A program made the position numbers and the translations under genes. From the NCBI GenBank assembly GCA_951406725.2, contig OX597843.1, forward strand, positions 248,001 to 312,000: a DNA stretch of 64,000 nucleotides, given 5' to 3'. The notes below the pieces were generated by a model, which saw nothing but the letters and a program-made list of their open reading frames with translations, was not told the origin of the DNA and searched no databases. Of the stretch, positions 13,543-25,412 are shown piece after piece. This DNA comes from Octopus vulgaris. Lineage: Eukaryota. Numbering within the stretch: position 1 is the first letter of the stretch; each line of letters begins with the position of its first letter.

Positions 13543-13925
13543 TGTTTGTATGTATGTATGTATGTATTTATGTATGTATGTATGTATGTATGTATGTATG
13601 TTTGTATGTATGTATGTTTGTATGTATGTATGTATGTATTTATGTATGTATGTATGTATGTTTGTATATATGTTTGTATGTATGTATGTTTGCATGCATG
13701 CATGAATGCATGTATGTATGTATGTATGTTTGTATGTATGTATGTTTGTATGTTTGTATGTATGTATGTATGTATGTATGCATGTATGTATGTATGCATG
13801 TGTGTATGTATGTATGTATGTATGTATGTATTTATGTATGTATGTATGTATGTATTTATGTATGTATGTATGTATGTATGCATGCATGCATGTATGTATG
13901 TATATATATATATATATATATGTAT
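13205..13925. repeat. (TACA)n / (TATG)n microsatellites
   Basis: Direct inspection. Confidence 0.95.
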
Positions 13926-14727
13926 GACGGCTTGACAAAGCTAGATTTGTTTCACCCTTCTCTGTAACTCCTCAAACACAAGTTAAATCTCACATCTTTC
14001 TGAAAAGTTTCATTGAACATACAAAACAAAACTATCTTTGTGAGAACCATTTAAAAATATACACTCATCCCCACTCGCTATTATTTTATTCAATACACTG
14101 CTTGAAAATGTAGTTATGTATCGTACAATATACGGAAATTTACCACAATATACATACATATATCAGTATATATATATGTATGTATGTAAAATTATATCCG
14201 CCCACATGAAAGGTGTTTTAATAGATTTCTGGTTATCTTGCAAAGCAAAAATGAGTCTCTTATGTTATTTTGATGCTGTCATAGCACGATGTGACTAAAT
14301 ATACGTTGGGGTGAAAGCTTTGAGAATGCTTTTTGTCGGATGTTTATGCGCGTATGTGAGTGTGCATGTTTTAGTGTGCATTTACTATATCTATCTATTT
14401 ATCTCTATCTCCCCTCTCTCTCTGTTTCTCTCTCTCTCTATATATATATATTGGTGAAATTAATGATTATTTCTAAATTAATTAATTTCACCCTTTATTA
14501 TTGAAAATTGTATTTCATCCCAGTAAAAAAACTGTAGTATCTTATTTTGGCAACACGCTGGTGGAAGGGGGAAGGTGATATACTTTCATTCACCCTTTGA
14601 ATTCGGTGGTACTGGTAATGGCTTACGCTCGCTCTGATACCATGAGTTGAGGTGATGTCTTCTAGTGCCTCCAAATTTAATACACAATTATTAATAATTG
14701 AGGCGCAATTATTTATAATTGTAGAGT

Positions 14728-14818
14728 CCTACGCTGAGGAGGAAAATAGTCAGGTAAGACATAATTATTTAATTTTTATGCTCTGCAATGACTTAATTCT
14801 GAAACGTACGTCCGTAGG
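14728..14818 (+). ncRNA. Type I hammerhead ribozyme motif with extended stem II, inside a TA-flanked element (about 14452-15000)
   Basis: Stem I CCTACG/CGTAGG; core CTGAGGA (14734-14740); stem II GGAA/TTCT, AGTCA/TGACT, CATAA/TTATG; GAAA (14801-14804); palindromic stem III AC-GTAC-GT; GTC triplet at 14810-14812. Confidence 0.8.
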
Positions 14819-14999
14819 TAACTTAATATAGAATGATTTTCGTCATCTCTTTCTCTTTTGCCTGCATCGTTTGTTTTTTAAGTCTTCAGTTTTACTGGGA
14901 TCTCCCTTTTAAGTAGAAAGAATAGCCAAAACTTTTTGACTGCTATTTCTAAGTTCGGTGTGTGGTGAGGCAAATCGTTACTGAACCCTTAATTAATTA

Positions 15000-15051
<52 letters not shown>

Positions 15052-15195
15052 GTGTACATTTAAACACAAAAGAAAACTACTACCTTTAATAGGTCATTTT
15101 TACACGCTAGAAGAAGCAGTCAAATGACCAAAACCACATTTTAAGAGCAATTTTCGAAGGGAATGAAAAATAAAACTTTTACCATGTTATTTTTT

Positions 15196-15268
15196 ACGGT
15201 TATACCTAGGTTTCAGATTATTTTAGCAAATAAGATAATTTGCTAGGCGAATCCTCATCAGTAACCAT
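15196..15268 (-). ncRNA. Type I hammerhead ribozyme motif with canonical core and extended stem II, inside a TA-flanked element (about 15047-15272)
   Basis: Minus strand reads ATGGTTA-CTGATGA-GGATT-CGCC-TAGCAAAT-TATCTT-ATTTGCTA-AAAT-AATCT-GAAA-C-CTAG-GTA-TAACCGT: all three stems pair, GTA triplet, palindromic stem III ACCTAGGT. Confidence 0.85.
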
Positions 15269-15346
15269 GCCTTATATATATAACGGGAAGGTTTACGAAA
15301 ATAAACAAAAGACGAAGGCAGGTGGAGTACAAACAAACAAATGTAT

Positions 15347-15729
15347 GGAAGCACTCCATCGGTTACAACGACAAGGGTTCCGGTTGATCCGATCAACGGA
15401 ACAGCCTGCTCGTGAAATTAATGTGTAAGTGGCTGAGCACTCCACAGACACGTGTACCCTTAACGTAGTTCTCGGGGATATTCAGCATGACACAGAGAGT
15501 GACAAGGCCGGCCCTTTGAAATACAGTTACAATAGAAACAGGAAGTAAGAGTGAGAGAAAGTTGTGGTGAAAGAGTACAGCAGGGATCACCACCATCCCC
15601 TGCTGGAGCCTCGTGGAGCTTTTTGGGTGTTTTCGCTCAATAAACACTCACAACGCCCGGTCTGGGAATCGAAACCGCAATCCTACGACCGCGAGTCCGC
15701 TGCCCTAACCACTGGGCCATTGCGCCTCC
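15347..15729 (-). mobile_element. Full-length tRNA-derived SINE, family C
   Basis: Head GGAGGCGCAATGGCCCAGTGGTTAGGGCAGCGGACTCGCGG...GGTTTCGATTCCC with A and B boxes; 10-bp TSD ACAAATGTAT at 15337-15346 and 15730-15739. Confidence 0.9.
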
Positions 15730-15772
15730 ACAAATGTATTAGTATGGCGCTCAGGAATAGAAATAGAACAAG

Positions 15773-15810
15773 TCTTTTATGTTTCGAGCCTACGCTCTTC
15801 AACAGAAAGA
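15773..15810 (-). ncRNA. Minimal hammerhead-like motif with variant core CTGTTGA, in a Penelope-like short element (about 15273-15870, split by the SINE)
   Basis: TCTTT-CTGTTGA-A-GAGC-GTAG-GCTC-GAAAC-ATA-AAAGA; related copies at about 32340 and 54140. Confidence 0.55.
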
Positions 15811-15971
15811 TACACAGAAAAAAAGAACAAGGAGAGAAAAAATGCGTGTAGGAGCTAACGATTTATATAGGCCTGGTTGGAGGTCCAACCTTCCGAGTTC
15901 TTAGACAGGGCTTAGAAAAAGATGGAAGGACCGTTGTAATAAGTATGTGATTCTGAGAGGGAAATATGTTG

Positions 15972-16608
15972 AATAAAAAGAGGTAGACCCAGGAAAACCT
16001 GGGACGAGGTGGTGAAGCACGACCTTCGAACTTTAGGCCTCACTGAGGAAATGACCAGCGACCGAGACCTTTGGAAATATGCTGTACGTGAGAAGACCAG
16101 GCAGGACAAGTGAGCCCAGCCCACTTATGCATGCCTTTCCTCCCTTGGACACAAAGACCTGTTGAGGCAAGCGAAGTCGATATAGAACCTCTGACGACGA
16201 CAGGCACCCTTGCCAACCCCCTTTGCTTGCGAAGACATGTTGGGGCAAGTGAAATCGAAATCGAATTGAACCAGCCAGGATCCCTGGTCTGGTGGTACGT
16301 AAAAAGCACTATCCGACTGGTGGCCGATGCCAGTGCCGCCTCGACTGGCTTCCGTGCCGGTGGCATGTAAAATACACCAATCCGACCATGGCCGTTGCCA
16401 GCCTCACCTGGCACCTGTGCAGGTGGCACGTAAAAAGCACCCACTACACTCACGGAGAGATTGGCGTTAGGAAGGGCATCCAGCTGTAGAAACATTGCCA
16501 GATAAGACTGGAACCTGGTGCAGCCTTCTGGCTTCCCAGAACCCTGGTCGAAACGTCCAACCCATGCTAGCATGGAGAACGGACGTTAAACGATGATGAT
16601 GATGATGA
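15972..16608 (+). mobile_element. 5'-truncated RTE-clade LINE (ORF C-terminus, 3' UTR, (GAT)n tail)
   Basis: Encodes RGRPRKTWDEVVKHDLRTLGLTEEMTSDRDLWKYAV; ends GGACGTTAAACGATGATGATG; homologous to 63141-64000. Confidence 0.85.
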
Positions 16609-16988
16609 AAATCATAATTAACTGATCCTTCTGTATTTTCTTTTATCTAAAGCCAGGAACTCTTTAGCACCCACCTCGTGTATACATGGCATAGGCTATA
16701 TGCTCAGAACCTAAAGATTTCTTGGATACACTAGGCATGTTATTGAAACCTGCCTGGATAATATCTCCAGCGTATGAAACTATTAGCAGCTCATAACTAT
16801 ATAATGTGTATATTTAACAAAACAACACAAGCACACGCATACATGCGCGTGCGCGCACACACACACAATCACACAATCACACACACACAATCACACACAC
16901 AAGCACACACAATCACACTCACACAATCACACACACACATACACACACACAATCACACACACACACACACACAATCACACACACACAA

Positions 16989-17026
<38 letters not shown>

Positions 17027-17207
17027 GAGATATTTTTGTTTTACAGAGGAGAGAGATGGGTTTTGAACAGTAAATAGATGATTCACAAATGGTCGCATCT
17101 CGGAGTTTCTCTGTGCGCCCTTAGAGGCGACAACAGAGAAAAAAAGGGTCAGAACAAAAAAAAGAGAAAGAGATGAGAAAAGAAGAAAGAAGAAAGAATG
17201 AACGAAA

Positions 17208-17372
17208 GGCGCAGGAGTGGCTGTGTGGTAAGTAGCTTGTTTACCAACCACATGGTTCCAGGTTCAGTCCCACTGCGTGGCATCTTGGGCAAGTGTCTTC
17301 TGCTATAGCCCCAGGCCGACCAAAGCCTTGTGAGTGGATTTGGTAGACGGAAACTGAAAGAAGCCTGTCATA

Positions 17373-17404
<32 letters not shown>

Positions 17405-18305
17405 GGCGCAGGAGTGGCTGTGTGGTAAGTAGCTTGCTAACCAACCACATGGTTCCAGGTTCAGTCCCACTGCGTGGCATCTTGGGCAAGTGTCTTCTGC
17501 TATAGCCCCAGGCCAACCAAAGCCTTGTGAGTGGATTTGGTAGACGGAAACTGAAAGAAGCCTGTCATATATATGTATATATATATATATATATATAGGC
17601 GCAGGAGTGGCTGTGTGGTAAGTAGCTTGCTAACCAACCACATGGTTCCAGGTTCAGTCCCACTGCGTGGCATCTTGGGCAAGTGTCTTCTGCTATAGCC
17701 CCAGGCCGACCAAAGCCTTGTGAGTGGATTTGGTAGACGGAAACTGAAAGAAGCCTGTCATATATATGTATATATATATATATATATAGGCGCAGGAGTG
17801 GCTGTGTGGTAAGTAGCTTGCTAACCAACCACATGGTTCCAGGTTCAGTCCCACTGTGTGGCATCTTGGGCAAGTGTCTTCTGCTATAGCCCCAGGCCGA
17901 CCAAAGCCTTGTGAGTGGATTTGGTAGACGGAAACTGAAAGAAGCCTGTCATATATATGTATATATATATATATATATATAGGCGCAGGAGTGGCTGTGT
18001 GGTAAGTAGCTTGCTAACCAACCACATGGTTCCAGGTTCAGTCCCACTGCGTGGCATCTTGGGCAAGTGTCTTCTGCTATAGCCCCAGGCCGACCAAAGC
18101 CTTGTGAGTGGATTTGGTAGATGGAAACTGAAAGAAGCCTGTCGTATATATGTATATATATATATATGCGTGTGTGTGTTTGTCCCCCTAGCATTGCTTG
18201 ACAACCGATGCTGGTGTGTTTACGTCCCCGTTACTTAGCGGTTCGGCAAAAGAGACCGATAGAATAAGTACTGGGCTTACAAAAGAATAAGTCCCGGGGT
18301 CGAGT
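17208..18305 (+). mobile_element. SINE family A with five tandem heads followed by one body
   Basis: Heads start at 17208, 17405, 17598, 17789 and 17982, separated by (TA)n. Confidence 0.9.
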
Positions 18306-20450
18306 TGCTCGACTAAAGGCGGCGCTACATCATGGCCGCAGTCAAATGACTGAAACAAGTAAAAGAGTATTGCTCGACTAAAGGCGGTGCTCCAGCATGG
18401 CCGCAGTCAAATGACTGAAACAAGTAAAAGAGTATTGCTCGACTAAAGGCGATGCTCCAGCATGGCCGCAGTCAAATGACTGAAACAAGTAAAAGAGTAT
18501 TGCTCGACTAAAGGCGGTGCTCCAGCATGGCCGCAGTCAAATGACTGTAACAAGTAAAAGAGTATTGCTCGACTAAAGGCGGTGCTCCAGCATGGCCGCA
18601 GTCAAATGACTGTAACAGGTAAAAGAGTATTGCTCGACTAAAGGCGGTGCTCCAGCATGGCCGCAGTCAAATGACTGTAACAGGTAAAAGAGTATTGCTC
18701 GACTAAAGGCGGTGCTCCAGCATGGCCGCAGTCAAATGACTGTAACAGGTAAAAGAGTATTGCTCGACTAAAGGCGGTGCTCCAGCATGGCCGCAGTCAA
18801 ATGACTGTAACAGGTAAAAGAGTATTGCTCGACTAAAGGCGGTGCTCCAGCATGGCCGCAGTCAAATGACTGAAACAAGTAAAAGAGTATTGCTCGACTA
18901 AAGGCGATGCTCCAGCATGGCCGCAGTCAAATGACTGAAACAATTAAAAGAGTATTGCTCGACTAAAGGCGGTGCTCCAGCATGGCCGCAGTCAAATGAC
19001 TGTAACAAGTAAAAGAGTATTGCTCGACTAAAGGCGGTGCTCCAGCATGGCCGCAGTCAAATGACTGTAACAGGTAAAAGAGTATTGCTCGACTAAAGGC
19101 GGTGCTCCAGCATGGCCGCAGTCAAATGACTGTAACAGGTAAAAGAGTATTGCTCGACTAAAGGCGGTGCTCCAGCATGGCCGCAGTCAAATGACTGTAA
19201 CAAGTGAAAGAGTATTGCTCGACTAAAGGCGGTGCTCCAGCATGGCCGCAGTCAAATGACTGTAACAAGTGAAAGAGTATTGCTCGACTAAAGGCGGTGC
19301 TGCAGCATGGCCGCAGTCAAATGACTGTAACAGGTAAAAGAGTATTGCTCGACTAAAGGCGGTGCTCCAGCATGGCCGCAGTCAAATGACTGTAACAAGT
19401 GAAAGAGTATTGCTCGACTAAAGGCGGTGCTGCAGCATGGCCGCAGTCAAATGACTGAAACAAGTAAAAGAGTATTGCTCGACTAAAGGCGGTGCTCCAG
19501 CATGGCCGCAGTCAAATGACTGTAACAAGTAAAAGATTATTGCTCGACTAAAGGCGGTGCTCCAGCATGGCCGCAGTCAAATGACTGTAACAGGTAAAAG
19601 AGTATTGCTCGACTAAAGGCGGTGCTCCAGCATGGCCGCAGTCAAATGACTGTAACAAGTAAAAGAGTATTGCTCGACTAAAGGCGGTGCTCCAGCATGG
19701 CCGCAGTCAAATGACTGTAACAGGTAAAAGAGTATTGCTCGATTAAAGGCGGTGCTCTAGCATGGCCGCAGTCAAATGACTGAAACAAGTAAAAGAGTAT
19801 TGCTCGACTAAAGGCGGTGCTCCAGCATGGCCGCAGTCAAATGACTGTAACAGGTAAAAGAGTATTGCTCGACTAAAGGCGGTGCTGCAGCATGGCCGCA
19901 GTCAAATGACTGTAACAAGTAAAAGAGTATTGCTCGACTAAAGGCGGTGCTCCAGCATGGCCGCAGTCAAATGACTGTAACAGGTAAAAGAGTATTGCTC
20001 GACTAAAGGCGGTGCTCCAGCATGGCCGCAGTCAAATGACTGTAACAGGTAAAAGAGTATTGCTCGACTAAAGGCGGTGCTCCAGCATGGCCGCAGTCAA
20101 ATGACTGTAACATGTAAAAGAGTATTGCTCGACTAAAGGCGGTGCTCCAGCATGGCCGCAGTCAAATGACTGTAACAAGTAAAAGAGTATTGCTCGACTA
20201 AAGGCGGTGTCTCCAGCATGGCCGCAGTCAAATGACTGTAACAGGTAAAAGAGTATTGCTCGACTAAAGGCGGTGCTCCAGCATGGCCGCAGTCAAATGA
20301 CTGAAACAAGTAAAAGAGTATTGCTCGACTAAAGGCGGTGCTCCAGCATGGCCGCAGTCAAATGACTGTAACAAGTAAAAGAGTATTGCTCGACTAAAGG
20401 CGGTGCTCCAGCATGGCCGCAGTCAAATGACTGAAACAAGTAAAAGAGTA
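18306..20450 (+). repeat. 33 x 65-bp tandem array of the family A SINE 3' tail
   Basis: Unit TGCTCGACTAAAGGCGGTGCTCCAGCATGGCCGCAGTCAAATGACTG(A/T)AACA(A/G)GTAAAAGAGTAT; first unit at 18306, last at 20387, one 1-bp insertion near 20210. Confidence 0.95.
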
Positions 20451-20796
20451 AAAGAGTAAAAGAGAAAGAAAGGAAGACGAAGGATGTTAGAAAGAGCAAA
20501 AAAAATAAAAAAGAAGGCAAGAAAGTAAGAAAAACAAGCAAAAGACAAAAGGAAAAATTAAATATAAAACAGTAAATGGAACGAAACGAAACAAAAAAAG
20601 AAAAAGAAATTGAAAGAAAAAATGAAGGAGAGACACCTCTTTCGCTTCCACCAATCAAAAAATATATTTTAAAGAAACCCATCTCCCCCCACTTTCATTG
20701 GAAGCCTTAACGAAAGACAAGTGTTCGTTTTCACTAATGAGGTCTAAATGCTAATGTCTAGTACTTACTTCCCTGTATTGTTAAGTAGGTAAATGT

Positions 20797-20832
<36 letters not shown>

Positions 20833-21035
20833 TTTCCCTTGCGAATCTTCTGCCTCGTATATACTTTGGTCTTGTCTGGTTTTGTCCGGTCGCATCTGGT
20901 TGAGTCGGTGTCTTAGCTTCTTAGCTTGTCGCGGGATTTTCAGATTCATGAAACACGACACACGGCAGACGACACATGGCAGACGACGCACGACACAAAG
21001 AAGATGACTCTCGATATGTTAATACAACAGATGAC

Positions 21036-21481
21036 GAATCTTTTCGGTTTGACTGGCAGTTTTTTAAAAATAATTTCCACTTAACTAAACACTTTTAAAC
21101 TTCGTATACTGGTAGAATGTGTTTATAAAACATCTTTTTCTCTTGGCTTTATTGAGAAAATTCTATAGTTTCAATCTGTTTTAGGGTTAGGATTAGTTAG
21201 GGTTAGTTAGGATTAGTTAGGGTTAGGGGTGGGGGAAGGGTATCTAGGGGCATATTCATACGGCATAGAATGTTTTACACCTCAATAGATGTCATTGATT
21301 GGTTGAAATTGCAGAAATTGAAGAAAAAAACCAACAAATATCTTACAAACTATAGAATTTTCTCAATAAAGCCAAGAGAAAAAGATGTTTTATAAACACA
21401 TTCTACCAGTATACGAAGTTTAAAAGTGTTTAGTTATGTGGAAATTATTTTAAAAAACTGCCAGTTAAACCGAAAAGATCC
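21036..21481. mobile_element. Rearranged GGATC-MITE with about 135-bp inverted arms
   Basis: Both ends are the same 'left' end of the family, inverted; internal TTAGGG-like repeats. Confidence 0.8.
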
Positions 21482-22019
21482 TTCTCCATTTCTCCATGTG
21501 TATGTATCATACCTCGTGAGGTCGATGCCATCTTTGATAGGTTCACCTCATGGGGATGAAAGAGTTGAATTAGGAATACATTTTCGTTACATATGTCACT
21601 AAAATACTAAATGAGTTCTGTGTAAGTTATGGAAAATTTAAATATGCATGCGTGCTGAATTTCATTTAATACATATGACAGACGGCAGACAACAGAAAGT
21701 AACCGACACGTGACGGATGGCAGACGACAGCCAACAGATGGGACATAACAAATGGTAGACGAGGGTGATATCGATGTTTCTCTACTGATAAAATGTATTG
21801 TATCGTAATGTCCCGCATTCTACCAGTTTCCTTAAACTTCACTCACAAATCTTCACTCTTTTTCTTCAGTTTCTTCACAAATTTTACTCGAGCAAAGGAG
21901 AAAAGTCACAAAGCAACAGACGGAAGCCGTCATTGACAGTCAACAAGTGAGTGGAAAGTGCTTTCAACGTATTTGTCTGACCTTCTTGAATTAGAAATTG
22001 TAGCCTAAATCCGTATTAC

Positions 22020-22435
22020 GGATCTTTTCGGTTTGAACGGCAGTTTTTTAAAATAATTTCCACGTAACTAAAAAATTTTTAACTTTGTATACTTGTAGAA
22101 TGTGTTTATAAAACATCTTTTTCTCTTGGTTTTATTGAGAAAATTCTATAGTTTGTAAGATATTTGTTGTTTTTTTTCTTCAATTTCTGCAATTTCAACC
22201 AATCAATGACGTCCATTGAGTTAAAAAGCATTCTGTGCCGTATGAATATGTCCCTCGTTTAAGAAACAGATTGGGTTTATTTACATTTCTGAAGAAAAAA
22301 GATACCCTTTCCCCACCCCTAACCCTAGCCCTAAAAGAAATTGAAATGCAATAGATTGATTCTAGGGTCATAATTATGGGTGACAATTTCATATGACACC
22401 GCTAGAAAAAGCTGCCGATCAAACCGAAAAGATCC
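22020..22435. mobile_element. GGATC-MITE, full copy
   Basis: TIRs GGATCTTTTCGGTTTGAACGGCAG / CTGCCGATCAAACCGAAAAGATCC. Confidence 0.85.
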
Positions 22436-22439
22436 TTAT

Positions 22440-22750
22440 AACGTGCTTTCACTTCACTACCAGGCACAGCTCTGTGTGCCTTGGGTATGTGCTGTGGTTT
22501 GTTGTGATGCTCTTATGGTTACTGTATTGAAAGTGTTCTACGTAGGATGTGTGCAGTGTCTAGTAGTACTATTTTCTCTATGTTATATATATTTGTTAGT
22601 CCTGGTGTTTTTGTTATTATGTATTTGTCTGAATATTTATTTATCATATCTAATACACCTACTATGATAGGAATTGTTTCTGTTTTTAGACTCCACATTC
22701 GAGTTACCTCTATTTTCAGGTCTTTGTATTTTGAAAGTTTCTCCATTTCT
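22440..22750 (-). mobile_element. 3' fragment of an R4/Dong-like RLE LINE
   Basis: EKLSKYKDLKIEVTRMWSLKTETIPIIVGVL...IEKIVLLDTAHILRRTL matches the EK..KY.DL..E...W...P.V.G.LG...QK..LL.TA.ILR terminus of R4/Dong ORFs. Confidence 0.75.
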
Positions 22751-22852
22751 TGTCATCTGTTGGTATTGATACAACACTTAGAAAACATTGTTTCCCTTCT
22801 TCTTACTATTATAGCAGTGAAAGGCCTGGTGCCTATAGTAGAAACGACTATT

Positions 22853-23064
22853 AAGGCAGCAAGCTGGCAGCATCGTTAGTATGCCAGTCGAAATGCTCAG
22901 TGGTATTTCCCCTGTCGCTACGTTCTGAGTTCAAATTCCGTTGAGGTCGACTTTTTTTTTATCCTTTCAAAGTCAACAAAATAAGTACCGGTTGAGTACT
23001 GGGGTCGATGTAATCGACTTACTCCACCCCCCAAATCTGCTGACCATGTACCGAAATCTGAAAC

Positions 23065-23065
<1 letters not shown>
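22853..23065 (+). mobile_element. Diverged SINE family B copy
   Basis: GGCAGCAAGCTGGCAG head, GAGTTCAAATTCC B box, ATAAGTACC...CTGGGGTCGATGTAATCGACTT. Confidence 0.75.
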
Positions 23066-23112
<47 letters not shown>

Positions 23113-23123
23113 CATCATTATTA

Positions 23124-23590
23124 TTGAGTGAGAGAGTGTGCATGCCATTAAAGTGATACTGGGGTACCATTATACAAAATCTAGTATCCATCATGACTAC
23201 GTGTTTGATAAAGGTACACCAGGCACATGCATCACAACCATATGTGCGCGACATGGTGATCTCATATCAAGATAAACAGCACATGACCTTGCAGGTGGGG
23301 CTCAGTTAGAATTTTCTTCAGGTCGAGTAGCCCATCCCACTCAAAAGGTCCCTGAATAAGGGTTGCTTTAGGATGTTGAACGAACCACCCATGTTTCCAG
23401 AGGTGAATTATCCAAACCTCTAAGAATCCCTCTCAACACACGACTATGATGCTGCCCCACTACTTCTGCTCGTGATCAGAGACGCACATATCGTCAACCA
23501 ATTAGGGACATGCTCAAATGGTTATGGTCAAACAACTGACAAGCAAATCTGTGGAATTGAGCAGAATACTTGCTGTAGCCCATCTTTATT
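23124..23590. mobile_element. Unclassified dispersed repeat in (TTA)n; second copy at 30914-31472
   Basis: About 460 bp closely similar to 30914-31380; both copies flanked by (TTA)n. Confidence 0.75.
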
Positions 23591-23819
23591 ATTATTATTA
23601 TTATTATGATCATTATTGTTGTTGTTGTTGTATGAGGAGGTCAACTTTGCCTTTCATCCTTTCAGGGTTGACAAAATAAGCACTAATCAAGTACTGGGGT
23701 CAGTGAACTCCACTTCCCCCTTCTCTTGAACTTGCCAGCCATTTGCCAAATTTTTAAACCATTATTATTATTATTATTATTATTATCATCATCATCATCA
23801 TCATTACCATATCTTACAT

Positions 23820-25312
<1,493 letters not shown>

Positions 25313-25412
25313 ATGAATGATATGCTTGGTGATATGGTCAAGGATACACTACAGAGGAGATGACCATGGGTGGAGCAATATTTATTACTGGTCTGTGTGG
25401 ACTGAAGACTGA

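Noticed and set aside
15640-15729. tRNA gene-like sequence (also the heads of SINE families A, B and D)
   Set aside because: It continues into a SINE body flanked by TSDs, and no complete cloverleaf with acceptor stem is evident
18306-18370. Half-hammerhead look of the SINE tail (AGTC-AAAT-GACT-GAAAC-AA-GTA)
   Set aside because: No CUGANGA element or stem I partner upstream, and most array units have GTAAC instead of GAAAC
18306-20450. CRISPR-like regular array
   Set aside because: Units are contiguous with no unique spacers, there are no cas genes, the context is eukaryotic, and the unit is the SINE tail
21181-21230. Telomeric TTAGGG repeats suggesting a chromosome end or fusion
   Set aside because: Only a few degenerate units, and they are an internal part of the GGATC-MITE present in several copies
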